NCBI RefSeq assembly: GCF_008831285.2
Contig: NC_045138.2
Coordinates: forward strand, 19,778,001 to 19,842,000
DNA from: Nymphaea colorata
Taxonomy: Eukaryota
Length of the DNA: 64,000 bases
Reading direction: 5' to 3'
How positions within the stretch are numbered: position 1 is the first letter of the stretch; every line of letters begins with the position of its first letter. Both the position numbers and the translations under genes were made by a program. The notes beneath the pieces were generated by a model that was not told where the DNA came from, did not search any database, and saw only the letters and a list, made by a program, of their open reading frames with translations. Positions 28,313 through 41,812 of the stretch are shown here, one piece after another.

Positions 28313-29224
28313 CGGACAGATAAGGTGGTTCAAAAGTGGCCACCATATGGTTCTGCTTCCTAGTTAGAGCAGCTATCTCTTGCCCATCAGGTGTGGTGGT
28401 CATGCTTGTCCACAGTGTCACACTGTAACCGGAGGCTTATTACTATTAGCTACATCACACTTCTGTTCCCCTTGTCCTTGAGCTGTACGGAGCTTCTAGA
28501 GGATAGGTATTTCCCCTGTAAATGTATCTCCATAACAGAAGCCGGTCCGGCCAAAAGCACCCACTCTTTCAACTCGCTACAGTAGTCTAACTTGAGATGG
28601 AATAATATCCTCCATATCTCGTTTCTAAGAAGCCACTTTAGCATTTCGCCTTGCTCATTTGACTACTAAGCAGCAGCTGATGGATGGTTAGCAAAGTACG
28701 ATTGTATCTTAAGATGGCAAAGGTCTTTCAGGATCTGTTCTATGTCAGCACATTTATTAACAATTTCTTTTATGACACTTGTGCAATGTTAACTTTCATT
28801 GCTCCGTGAGGCTTTGCATTCTCTTTTTTCTCCTTTGGCTGATCAACTTCTTACGGCGGTGAGTTTTCTATATTGATACGAAGCTTGAACTTGCTTACAA
28901 TGATGCTGGTTTAGTCAAGGGAATGGTGCACATGAAGCATGTTAATTTTTCTTAATTGTATGATTTCGTTGTTTTAGACAAGTAAAGATTGCCCCGATAG
29001 GAGTATGTGTGCATCCATAAGTTTTTACTTTGAACTGTAGCCTGTAGGTCCTCAATGTTCTGTCTGCTTCAATTCAATTATTTTTGTTAGAATTCTGGTC
29101 AAATTTTGCACAGATCTGCTGCATAGTGGTCAGAACCAGTAGGATGGGTTTTCTAAAAGTGGTGGTTAGTCTTTTCTATTGGTTATCCAATGACTGGGTA
29201 AGTTCATTTGTCTGTGGTTAGGCC

Positions 29225-29837
29225 CATAGTTGGCAAACCCGAGAATCGGACTCAGATCGATAAACGATCCGATCAGTAGGTCAGCAAGTTGACTCGTGAC
29301 TTGGTTGGGTCAGGTCATATATTTTAAATTTTAAGTGTATTTTTATTGTAATATACTGTCTCCCCAACCAGCATAGAGCAACATGATCTTGGTTATGATT
29401 TGTCAATAACTCTTAACTATGAAGGGGAGGCCATGAATCTAAAACACTTGCTTAGCTTGTATTTATCTCTCTCGTATCAGCCACCTGACTTTTCATGAGC
29501 CTCTAAAACATTTAGAAATTGATGGTGAAAATATGTTTGCAAATGGTTGGTCTAGTATTCCTTTCATGTCCCTGATAAAAGTTTTCATGAGGAAAAAAAA
29601 AAAAACAACAAATAGTTAAGAACTTAAGAATGAAGATGAAATTTTACACTTTAAAGCAGTTAGAACCAAGCTCGGGGGATTCCGATCTGAGTCACTGTTC
29701 CAGTCAGCTGATTCTTAGCCCAATTGCCTGAGTTTTGGTGCTAACTCGCTTGGCTACTGACTAGCATTCCAGTGAGAGGACGATCCCAAGCCGACTCCTG
29801 CAATTCCCAAGTCTACTCTCCAAGTTTGCCAACAATG
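29225..29837. mobile_element. Non-autonomous hAT-type element (613 bp)
   Basis: TIRs CATAGTTGGCAAAC ... GTTTGCCAACAATG; TSD GTTAGGCC / GTTAGGCA (7 of 8 match); GACTC/GAGTC subterminal motifs. Confidence 0.8.
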
Positions 29838-31011
29838 GTTAGGCATGGGATTAATGTAGAATGGACAATTTGCTATTGCATGGATGCTCCAATTTGGGTC
29901 CTGCTTCATATTACCTTGTATATTGGTTGCAGTGGAAACTTCATAAAAATGGCAATACTCCTATTTCTGACAAACAGGCCTTGGGATTAGGGTTTTATAA
30001 GTTCTAGGGTAATAGGAGAAAGGACAAAGCTAGTATTCTCTATGTGCTTTTGTGCTTAATTGTCCTATGTCTTGATCTCATTTTTGTTTCTCATTCTTTT
30101 ACATTCTCCTCCATATTCACAAATATACTGCACGGTACAGACTTACAAATTTGGCCTTTGGTGACTGGATCTTGTAGCACCAAGCATGGAATTGGGCAAA
30201 GTGCCCTTTCTTTTTGGACACACACGACATGTGCAGATCACTGCTTCATGGATTTGATCGATGAGATGAGTGTGCATATTGACAGGATAGATTTTCTTTA
30301 TTTAGCTGTGGAAATTTGGCCTCAGACTAAAATTTTAGTTTCTGTGGATTGGCACTTTGACAGCAGTATGCCAAAGTAACTTTGTTAGGGAGCTCATTGG
30401 ACTTTGTATGCATCTTTATTAAAAAACATGAGGGGCCGCTGGATGCTTTTGGCCTGTGTTTGGGAATCCTCTGGTCCCATGCAAGCATGCTCTCCATGCA
30501 TATGTAAAGTCTGATTATGGAATTATTATTAACCCATTAGCTTTCAGATTGTTTGTTATTTCAAAGAATTGACAACAAATACATTAAGCACGCCAATCTT
30601 TAGTGTAGCAATAGAATCAACCATGTGTTTGAATGTTTTACATAGAGCTGCTTGAATTAGACAAAGAAAGATTCCTGACTCGCAAATTGCTCCAACTGCA
30701 CATTTGTAGGCGTTGTTTGCTTGGGTACCATTCTTTAGGGCCGTTTGTTGGATTCTCTGCTACTATTTCCTCTTCTGGTGTAGGTCACAGCCGAGGGTGC
30801 AGACATGCGAATTTAATTCATCCAATTATATCAATGGAGACAGAAACTGATTCTAATCAGTCGAAATTGGCAAGAAGCAGGGAGTAAACGCTAGGTTGAA
30901 ATCTTGTTCCTTTTGTTGTATTGAGCTCAACTGGCTATGATTTTACCACTGCGGGGATATGATTTTCCTGCTTTAGCGCTGCTTCCACGAGGATTGAGAT
31001 CTGGTTTCCAT

Positions 31012-31213
31012 AGATATATAAATGGATTATGTTGAAGGTAAGGATGTGAATGGAAAACAAAAAAAAACTAAGGTTTTTTTTATGTATCTAAATGTGAACC
31101 ATTTACATCCTTGCCTTGAATGGGGAAAAAAAAAACTTGATTATGGTTTTTGATGTATCTTAACTGTGAAGCATTTACATCCTCCCCTTGAATATAAATC
31201 CATTTATGTATCT
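31012..31213. repeat. Imperfect inverted repeat (foldback) with a duplicated right arm
   Basis: 31012-31053 is complementary to 31171-31213 and, over 23 nt, to 31099-31121. Confidence 0.8.
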
Positions 31214-32601
31214 GATGTCCATTTAGGTAGATAAATTTGAAGGAGACAAAACTCAAGACTTTCTTTTCGTTTTTCAAGTTAAAGCTTGGCAGATTTTTTA
31301 CAGGCGGAATGCTTTGTATGTTTATAAGTCTCAACATAAGGGATTTTATTGTTTTTATTGGTGATTGAGAAGAAGAGAAAAGGCCACAACAGTAATTGAA
31401 AAAGAAGAAATTCCCTTAACAAAGGCTTGCCGACCTTGTAAACAATCTCATTGTATGTTGAACTGAAAGAGATCATTTAGTTGCTAAGAGCACCGGCAAA
31501 CATCATCGAGATATGATAAAGGTTTTAATCACCTTCCTATCAAAGTCTAAAAAGTCGAGTCTTATCAAGACTGGCAGATAAAGGCAGCAAATCGGCAGGA
31601 TACTGGCTTACAGAGGGGTTAATAATTAAAATATTTTCGTTTTGTTAAAATGTTTAAAATATTTATAAATTCATTCCAAATAGAAATGAAAAATGACCCA
31701 ATACACGCCCATGGATATTGGCCAAAAAGGCGCTGATACGGCACCGAAATCTGAAAGGACAAACACATGAAAAGTACGAGTCGTCACGTATAGTTCTTGC
31801 ATTGGTGATGCACAAAGTTATCTTTCTAAAATCTTAATCCTATTTTCATAAAAAATTTTATGGAAATTCTCAAAATTAACCTCGTAACTGCTGCAAACAA
31901 GCGATCACTATGAAGTTCCTAAAGTTCCTCTCTGATCCTTTTCTAAATGAAAATAGATACCCAATTCGCATCAGGTTCGGAGTGTACTCTGGTGTTTTGC
32001 AATTCACAGTGTCCTAGTTAAGAAGTCATATCTGCAATTCAGTAAAGTAAGAAAGGGATGTGTATAACATGCTAAAAGCCTGTTCCACAAAAGATTGTAT
32101 TCACCAATAACGCATGCTTTACCCTGAAAATTGCTCGGGGAAGGCCCCCATCGGCCATCAGGCATGCTTTATTTCCAGGTTGTCATAGTAAAAAACTGAA
32201 ACGTGATTTTGTCAATGCAGTTTCCACATCTCACGCACACGACCGCCGTTTAAACTAAAAAATGTTATTATATACAAAGAGAAAGAACCGTTAAGATAGC
32301 GATCTACATTCCATGAATCATTGGCATTACAAAGAGAAAGAACCAACAAGACAGTGACCTACTTTCCATCTTCCACAGACTGCAAAGAACAAGATATTTT
32401 AATGGAAAGAGGGTCCCTAAAGAAGAATACAAACTTGGCCATAGGGCTCCAAAGCATGTAATGGGATATGTAAGAATGAAATGGGATGATACAGGGGCAG
32501 ACCAGAGCAAGAGCAACTGCAATTCTTCTCACTTCACTATCCTTGTTTGCTCCTTCATGTTTCATCTACATGGCCTGCTGGGCAGAGAGCAAATGCAATT
32601 C

Positions 32602-35600
32602 TTACTCCACAAACCTTGAAGAGCTCCTGTATATTTCATCCACATGGGCTGCTGGGACATAGACCGCATCTGCCAGGGAACTGTGGCCATTTCCGTATAT
32701 CAAGTATATAATAACTCCAATTAAGAGCCATGAAGACACGCGAAGCCATGTTCCACCACTGAAGAGACCAAAGAGTTAACCACACTGAAACTGTACGTGC
32801 ACGTGTGTTTGTGTATGTGCATGCATGTGTCAAGTTATAAATGTGGGCAACTTACCCTAGATTTACTAACAGATAAATGTTTATCAGAATACAACAAACA
32901 GGCAGAAGAGGGACAAAAGGGCAGATGAAACCTGCATAGAAGAACAATGACATTAGAATCACCGTTGATTGCTAAACTTCTGTAGCCAATGGAATACTAG
33001 ATCTAACCTCCACTATGTCCAAAGCTGTGCCTTCCATCATCTTGGTCAATCCATGAAAGGACAATCAGGCCACAGCACAGAAGCACAACACCAACACCAC
33101 CCATAGATAATCGTACAAATCTAAAAGGAAAAAATTGTTAGAAAGAAAACTCGTTCTTAATCTAGGCCATGCAACATAACAGCATTGAGCCTCTTACAAC
33201 AGTAGATTGGCGCCCAAAAGATAAAAGAATTGAAAAACTTACCCAGGTAAAGATACAAAAGAAGCAGCAGAAGTAAGCAGCAGAGCTCCAATACACACAA
33301 AAGTGATGTTGATAGCTGCAACTTTGCGCCTTCTCTGGTCATCAGATTTGTCTATGGCATGGAAAAAAATAATAATAAACTTAAAATGAAATATAAAAAC
33401 AGAAGGGAAAACTTTCATAAAGCAAAGCTCCTCCTTTTCTCCGGAGTCGCTAGAACCCATTTGATGATGTAAAACAGTCGTAAAAAAAAAAAAACGAGAG
33501 ACCAAACGCAAATTACCCTCAGGTTGGAACTTCTTTTCAATTAACGGATAAGCAACCGATGCACCAGCACCAAGAGATGCATGACTTTCAGAAACTTGTT
33601 GAGAAGCTTTACATATTTTGTCGGCATCTTCAAGATCTTCCTCCTCACTTTCTTGAGAACCATACTTTGCCGATACTGAATCTATTGTCTCTTGAAGATA
33701 TGATGGCAGAGGCACTTCATCAGGTGGGACATACCTAAGTATTAGAATTGAAATTGCAACAATAGTGAACGCTAGTAGTGTGCCAACACTGACCTGCACA
33801 AAGGGAGAAGAAAAATTTTTGACTCGTGAATGTCACCATGAACTGAATAATACAAAATGATTTTAGCTAGCCAAAAGAATTAAGCTCAACATTCACCATC
33901 CCACTAATATAATGCAGTTTCACTGTCAAATTGTTTCTGGTTAGAAGTCAAAATTTTGGGAATCCAACGTGGCTGAAAGTTCTTGTAATTGATGAAAATA
34001 AAACACTTACCATTCCTGCCAACTGGGAGACATCCATACAGAAAGCCAGAGTGGCAGCAACAATCCCTGTCAGAAGAGTGCCTTTAACAGGAACCTGTGT
34101 TCGTTCATCTACATCAGAGAAGAACGATGGAAGCAACCCATCCCTAGCCATTGCCATTAGGATCCTAGGCTGAGAACATAGACGGAGACAAATATATCTA
34201 TTTCAGCAGGATAAACATTGAGTATCGACATCAAATTTAAAGATACAAATTCAAAGTAGCACTACAAGTAATTAAAGAGATGAAATTCGGAACAGTTTGG
34301 TTAAAGACAAGTTGCAGTTCCTCCACTGCAGAGGCAACTAATGAATCACCACCAAAGACTAAAATCCACAGAAAAACTAACAAAACAATTAGAAAATTTT
34401 TTTGAAGAGGACTGCAAGAATGCATAAACACACACATAGGATGTACTTTCAAAAAATGCACCTGGACACTAATTTCTAGTTTCATGAAAATGAAAAAGGC
34501 AGAATATAAACTGTACTAGCATGAAACAACAACAACCATTTCACTGTAACAAGGAAAGCATGAAAGACGACCATGGAAAAGATCTATCAATGTGAAAACA
34601 TAACTAACAAAAGATTGGAAAGAGCATATCAACATAGGTATAGATACCAAGGAAAATTCACCAATAACAAAAATAAGGAACATGTACTAGAAAACAGTCG
34701 GCACACATCATGAACGTTGTTTCCAACACATGCTTTTACATGTACAGGACAAAAAACCAGCAAATTCATGATTTCTAAATAATTGCAATAGTATGCAATC
34801 TCATTGGTTAACTATTTGTCCAAGCTGCAAAGAACTTGCCTGGGGAAGGATTGAACCCAACAATGTTGCACAGAGAGCAGTAATTGCACCGGCAGTGATA
34901 ATGTACCTAAAACAAAACCCAGATGAATTAAGCCAACCAAAGTCATCTGGCTAACCTACAAAAAACAACAAGATTTCCATTGAAGCTGACTTACACTGCC
35001 CACTGCATCCCATGGCTGGAGAAAGCAGATGAAATTGGTGTGTCAGGATCCATTGCATAATAAGGCACCAAACCAACTATAACCACAGATACCAGCATGT
35101 ACAAGACACAGCATAGGGATAATGCGATTCCAATTCCCAATGGCAAATCACGTTGTGGATTCTTTACCTGCAAGATAGGATGAGCATCAAGCATGAAGTG
35201 ACTACTGATACAAATATCAGGCTATATTTACAATAAAAGCTTTGACTAATAAGTGCCTATGAAAGTTAATAACGAATTGTTTCTGTTATATCCAACTTCA
35301 ACAATTTTTGTCACATGGACTCAAGCAAAAAATGGGTTGAATGGCATTCATAATTACGTAAATAGCAATATACCTCCTCAGCCGTGCTTGCAACCGCATC
35401 AAAGCCTATATATGCAAAGAAAACAGTGGCGGATCCAGCGAGCATCCCATTAACTCCAAAAGGAAAGTACCTAGAACCACAACAAGAACATAGATTAAAT
35501 CTCCAGCTTCAACCACCTTCAACAAAACCAAGAAACGAATTGAGAATTTCTCATTAAAATCGTTCCAATGCATATAGTAGAAAAAGTAAAACGTGCATAA

Positions 35601-37525
35601 CCATCTAGAGTGCACTTTTGCCTTACCCATTGGAAAGGGCATAACCAGGCCATCCACTTTGAAATCCAAGGATACTACCCGCAATGATGACAAAAATCAT
35701 CACACAAACGTTTGCACTGGTTACAATGGACTGAGCAAAAGTACTCTGCAGCATAGGCAGTTGAAATTAGGGCCAAGCCAGACCATAAAGGCTCATTCAA
35801 ACTTCAAAAAGTCTAAAAGCACTAACCCTACCTCCTTGATCCCTAAGCACAGGAGGCCAGTAACAATAAAAACAAGAACAGCAGCACAAGGGTCCACAAC
35901 AATATTAAGACCAGGGATGTGATGACGAGCTAGAAAAACTGGTAGACTGTTTTCTCCTCCAAAAAGCAGTGCCTGAAAATAGAGAACATACAGGAAAAAA
36001 TTGTGAATTCACACTTGGGAATACATTTATATGCTCGACACTATCATCTGCATGTGGTTTGAAAATAAATGTATGCACACTTGCATAAAAGATCTAAAAC
36101 AAGCATAACAAAGTAAAAGCATAACTATACCACCAACATAAACCCGCATGAAACGGACATACATTTCTCATATTTAAAATTACAGCCACCCACTAACCAG
36201 ATTTGGAGATATCCCACGTGCAACAGCAGAACCACCAACAGTGTATTCCAGTATCAGAGCCCAGCCAATAATCCAAGCAATGCTGAAAAAGAATGATGAC
36301 CCAACAATGTCAGCAACACATTTGAAGGCAAAACCAAGATGCAAGCGGCTAAAAGCATGCTGGCATACACGTAGGGACGGTGCACGGAGAATTTTGTAGA
36401 CACAATCAACTCTATACGGAAACAGAAAGACGCAAGACAAAAAGGGATTCTGGACAATGTAAGATGTTCACAGTTTAAAGGGATAACAAACAAGAAAAAG
36501 AAAAAAAAAATCCATAGTTTACCTATATCAACGCTTTTTCAAAAAATAAAAGAAAATGCGTAGAACAATTCCTTTAGTTGTCATTGAATCGCCTAAAATC
36601 CAAAAAAGTCTAATGAGAACAGAGTTGCTACGGCAAAGATTATGAACTAGATGAGATATAATCTATTACCCTTCTCCCACACATATGTACGAATAATGAT
36701 AAGCACTTCCAGCAGAAGGGCAACGGCTAGCGAGCTCTGCGTAGCAAAACGCAGAGAGGGCAGCTGCAATTCCAGCTATTAAGAAAGAAATTGTAAGCGC
36801 TGGTCCAGAGTGTTCTCTTGCCACTGTTCCAACTAGAACATAGACCCCTGCTCCAATGGTAGCGCCAACGCCTGAATAGAACAACAGAAAATTTCTCAAT
36901 TGCTATATTAATTGGTCCGTGTGCACCAACATAATCTCTTCAAACAATTTCCTTTTAATTGAACAGGAGAAAGAAAAAATTATCAGCATCCATGTTTAAC
37001 CACTAAGAGGACATTGTAAATACAGAACCCCGCGTAACAAATGATGAACGAAAATTAAAATTATCAAAGAAACAGTATCTCGCACCAGATCGTTGACATA
37101 AAATCACGAAAAAGAAAAGAAAAGCTAATGAATCATCCATGGTGACAAAACGCATTCAAAATTCAATCGTTAAAAACAGAAGAAAACCCAGAAAACTGCA
37201 TCGAATTATTAAAAAAACAAGTTGGCATCCAAATTAAACAAGCAAAAAAGGAAAAAAAAAACGCATATGTTCAAGTTCAACCACTTTGGCCAGGAGAAGC
37301 ACCAATGAAATGCTTTAACCACACAAATGCATATGTCCAACCACTTTGCTCAGGAGAAGACCGCTAAAATGCTTTACCAATGGCGATAAGCTGCACGATG
37401 GAAAGGTCCTTGGCCAGCTGAGTCCCCGCAGACTTGGTATGCAGGGAGTCCACTTGCTTCCTCCGCACCAAGCTATGAAGCCCCCACGATCCCCATCCCT
37501 GTCCATGGATCTCAGGGAAACCCAT
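32602..37525 (-). CDS. CAT2: Cationic amino acid transporter, CAT2/3/4 (vacuolar) clade, about 640 aa; exons 37525-37378, 36871-36670, 36282-36198, 35972-35832, 35745-35627, 35470-35374, 35167-34995, 34906-34840, 34169-34011, 33793-33517, 33351-33243, 33120-33008, 32931-32856, 32758-32602
   Basis: MGFPEIHG...[85 protein letters not shown]. 14 exons join in frame. Confidence 0.95.
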
Positions 37526-38128
37526 GTAAACACACAACTCCCTCGGGAAAACAATTTCCCAGTAAAGCAGAACACCAACAATTCACCTCCAAACAAAACG
37601 TGAAAGAGAAAAAAAAAAAAAGTAGAAACAGAAAAATGAAAACTGTCAAGGAGATCTCCCTCCCTCCCCACAAACAACTCCCTGCCCTGAGAATTCCCTT
37701 ACTGCCGAGAAAGCAAGGGACGCCTGCGAGAAGGCAGCGGACGAGAGGGAAGGAAAGGGAATTTCCCGCAGATTCCGACGGCGACAATGATCGAGAACGA
37801 CGCAAGGATCGAGGACAACGCAAGGAGATGCTGACGGTATTTCTCCAATTTATCAACGCCTGCTGCCCGCCTGCCCGTAGCCGCATCGAGGCGCTGCCCG
37901 GTAAGGGGGAGAGAGAGAGAGAGAGAGATTCTTAATACAGATCGTCTTTCTAATGAAATTCTATGTCAGGCACAATATTTTTAGTTTTTTAGATGCATAC
38001 ATTTTTAATAGAACAGGTTATATGTTACGGTTATGGCTTTAACTCTTACCAAAGGAGCATGCATTATAGGTTGGAAATGTCTAAAATGTCCCACTTAGTG
38101 AAATGGAAGATCCTTCCTATCAAGGTAC

Positions 38129-38438
38129 ATAAATATTTCAACAAAAATTATAACGTGAATAGATGCAGTTTTGGTTCTCTTCTTTTATAATTTGATCAAT
38201 ACATTCCTTTTATATATATATATATCCCCAATAAAACAAACAAAACCAAAGAGAGGAGGGGGTAAAAGTCAGGAAATAAATATTTCAACAAAAATTATAA
38301 CGTGAATAGATGCAGCTTGGTTCTCTTCTTTTACAATTTTATCAACACATTCCTTAGATTTAAAATTATATATATATATATATATATATCCCCAATAAAA
38401 CAAACAAAACCAAAGAGAGGAGGGGGTAAAAGTCAGGA
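38129..38438. repeat. Tandem duplication, two copies of about 150 bp (38129-38274, 38276-38438)
   Basis: Both copies run ATAAATATTTCAACAAAAATTATAACGTGAATAGATGCAG...(TA)n...GAGAGGAGGGGGTAAAAGTCAGGA. Confidence 0.9.
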
Positions 38439-40381
38439 TTCGAGGGAGATATTATTATGCCTTTATTTTAAAAAGTTGAAGAACCTAAGTCTGATATGGT
38501 ATATGCAATGAAATACTGGTTGAAAAAGGAAATTTTTCCTTTCTTGAAGCGACAAACATGCGCCGGTTCGGGACGTCCACCAGGAAGCAGCAGCCCATGT
38601 GTTCAAAGACGGGTCCAATGTGGAGACCGAACCGGTTCAGATCCATTTCTGCTTTGTCATAGTGGATCAATAGGGTGGTACAAATAAAGATCAACCGGTT
38701 TCTACTTGGGACAGCTAAACACCGGATCATGGATCGGATCCAAATCTTGATCCAATGTTTTTTTACCTGTAAAAGCCGCCTACAACGGGAATATGGGTTT
38801 CTGGAGCCGGATCCAATACGGATTTAAACCCGATTTGCGTATCGGATCCAACCGCTTACCCGATAATCTGTCATAAGATTCAGATCCAGGTCAAAACTTG
38901 TGGGCGACACACGACAATACGTGGCCTCCCCTGATTGCAGAAAACTGCGTGCTGAATATTCATCTTTGGTACTTTTATATTACCTACTGTTGGGAAAAAT
39001 ATTATTTTTTTCTGACAAGATATGAAATAATTCACGCCCTTTAAACCTTCGTCTTGTTCGATATAAACAGGCAAACACCATTTGCTATTTTTTTATTAAA
39101 AACATACTTTTAATAATTACCGCGAAATATAAAATAAGGGCTTAAATTGAACACCCGTTAACTGAAAAACTAGCTCAAATTTACTTTCAAATATCGTTAT
39201 CTACTAACTTAGATGTGCATATTTCTTCATTTTCACAGGTTTTTAAAAATGTATTTGCAAGCTAACTTTTTGTGGGCTCTTCAAATTTTAATAAAACGAA
39301 GATGCTTTTATAAAAATATAGTAGCAAATAATAATAATAAGCAACAGAAGCAATTGTCTTGAATTCCATGTACAGTCCCGTTCATTACCAAAGCAGGTCG
39401 TAAAAGTGCTTCTGGAAATTGATGAAAAAGGATCATGTTTTTTAAATTATTAGAAAACGAAAAAGAAAGAGAGATCAGGCGCTGCGTTGGAAAACCAGAA
39501 ATTCCAGGCCCTTCTTATTATCATAACCAAAAGTCAAGGGGCCTTACATGGAACTTGATCCAAAGTTGTGTGCATTAGAACGATTGGTTCCGCACGGGAA
39601 AAGGCAAAAGCAAAACGAACGCACTTTTCCATGTAATCGCGATAACATGGAAAGAAGGCGTGTTCCCATCTCTTATTGTAAGGGTATTTTGGTAATTTTA
39701 TATTGTTAAAAAAAATTAGCCGCAGCAATTGCATCTTGTTTAAGAACCACAATATATAACTTGCTTCAGTTGTCATCAAATTAGTTTTTATTCTTAAAAA
39801 AATATTGAATATTATTTTTAATTATTTAAAAAGTATTAGTATTATTAGTTTAAAGCTAAAAATAAGAATAAACGAAAACTAAAAATAAAAAATAGCAAAT
39901 AACGCTGTATGGTTCTTTGAGTCAAATTATGAATCTGTTTGGTCCAGAACAGTCGAATTAGAGTAATGTTAGTTTACATCAACGCTTTTCACCCAATTCT
40001 TTGTGTCTGTAATTTGAAACGATTCAAAACTTATAAATTAGTTTCTTAAATACGTTTAATATTATAACAACCAAAACTTATAAATTTGTAAAGTGAGTGC
40101 TTTGATCCATGTCAGGGCTCAATAATTCAAAAGCTGATCTCACATTGTTTGTGATTGTACACCTTGTAAGAAATCATACTTTCAATAATATTATAGTCAC
40201 AAAATCCATAAACTTATAATATGCAAAAAAAATTGCATGGCTGTGAAGAGGACAAGTGTTCTTTCAATTATAAAATTAAAGGATGCTTATCCTCTCCATT
40301 AATGGTGCTCCCAAAAGGCGTTTGCACTAAAAAAAGAAAGTTAACATAAAAAAGTATTATTGTTGACTACCAAGATTGCGG

Positions 40382-40609
40382 CATAGTTGGTAAACCCATG
40401 ACTTGAACTTAGATCGATAGCTGACCGAGTTATCTGATCAGCGAGTTGACTCATCGATTCAATCGAGTTTTAAAATAATATAATTCAGACAAGTGAGGGC
40501 CGAGTCAAGGGTGAATCAGGCTAAGTTTCACTCGTAGCTAGGTTTTCTAACGAGATCCAGGCTCGAACGATCCCCTTGCCAACCCGGCAAGCCGGGTCAG
40601 CTAACTATG
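40382..40609. mobile_element. Degenerate hAT-type MITE related to 29225-29837
   Basis: Begins CATAGTTGGTAAACCC, ends CTAACTATG; no TSD recognisable. Confidence 0.5.
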
Positions 40610-41560
40610 GGCCGATTGAGTAGTTTCAAACGAAAAGGACACAAACATGATTTGTGAGGATTTGTTGGACCAAAATTGAAATCTGCCATGTCCGAACTTT
40701 TCTTTTTATAAAGTGGACAAGCAAATCTGAGGCGATTCGAACTTATCTTTTTCTTTTTGGCTGTGTTGGGAATGTTTCATGGGGTTGTTTGCTAGTAGGA
40801 ACACTACCATAAAAGGCTAAAACTAGTGTTCATGCATATGTTTCAAAGATTGTCCTAGGTCGATGCAATAATGCAAGAGTTAGATTCAAAATAACGAGAC
40901 ACATTAACAATATTAATAATCACAAAACCCTCAATTTCACGATTTTATATCACGAGTTGATCACAATGGTGAATGAAAAATATACAAAACCCTTTCATAA
41001 GCAGTATTCAAGGGAATTATATAATGTGTTTGATAAGATGAACAATATATATTTTTTAACGCATTATGATCTTGTATTTTTTAACGTATATTTTAAAGCA
41101 AAAAATGCCATATTTTTGTTTCTAAAAATGAATTGGTTGTCTGGTGAATATCATCTTACTAGAACACGTGATTTGAGGGGATGCTACGTGAAAACTTTTC
41201 TCCAAAAAATAAAATAGGTGTCTGAGAAATTCCAATCTACCGCCTGATTACTTTCCAGGATCGCCTTTTCGTTCACTTTGAAGTTTTGATCGGTCAAGTC
41301 ATTTGAACAAAGTCAGTCAAGCACGATTTTAGAATTTAGCCTCGTCTTCTTCCCAGAATGAAAAAAAGGTCATAGCTAGATGCAATAGTCAAAAGCCTTG
41401 CACAGCTCAAGTAAATTTGATGATAATGCGCGATGCATTTTTGTAAATTTCTCATTGATTAATTAACTAAGGATATTCGGTCACGTTGGTCACGACTTTA
41501 GGATCCCGAGACCTTTTGTCCTTGTCATCATAAATAACTTTTTTTTTTCTCAAATAAGGA

Positions 41561-41812
41561 CAAGGGCAGAGCCAAGGGCCGGTAGGGCCTTTGCCCCTTT
41601 TAATTTCTTTTTTAAATATAGTATTTTTTTAAAAAAATTATTTAGCTTATGTAAAAATTTTAAAAAAATACTTAAAATTTTGAAATCATAGTACATGTAA
41701 ATTTTAAAAATTTATTTCATATAAAAATTTTAAAAAGTTATATTTCAACTCCTATTAAAATTTTAAAACTATAATTCAGCTTTTTTAGCAAAAAATTCTT
41801 GCCTCTCTTCCT
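41561..41812. mobile_element. Degenerate MITE of the CAGGGGCGGAGCC-terminus type
   Basis: Starts CAAGGGCAGAGCCAAGG, AT-rich core, decayed right end; a related terminus GGCTCTGCCACTG lies near 45755. Confidence 0.4.
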
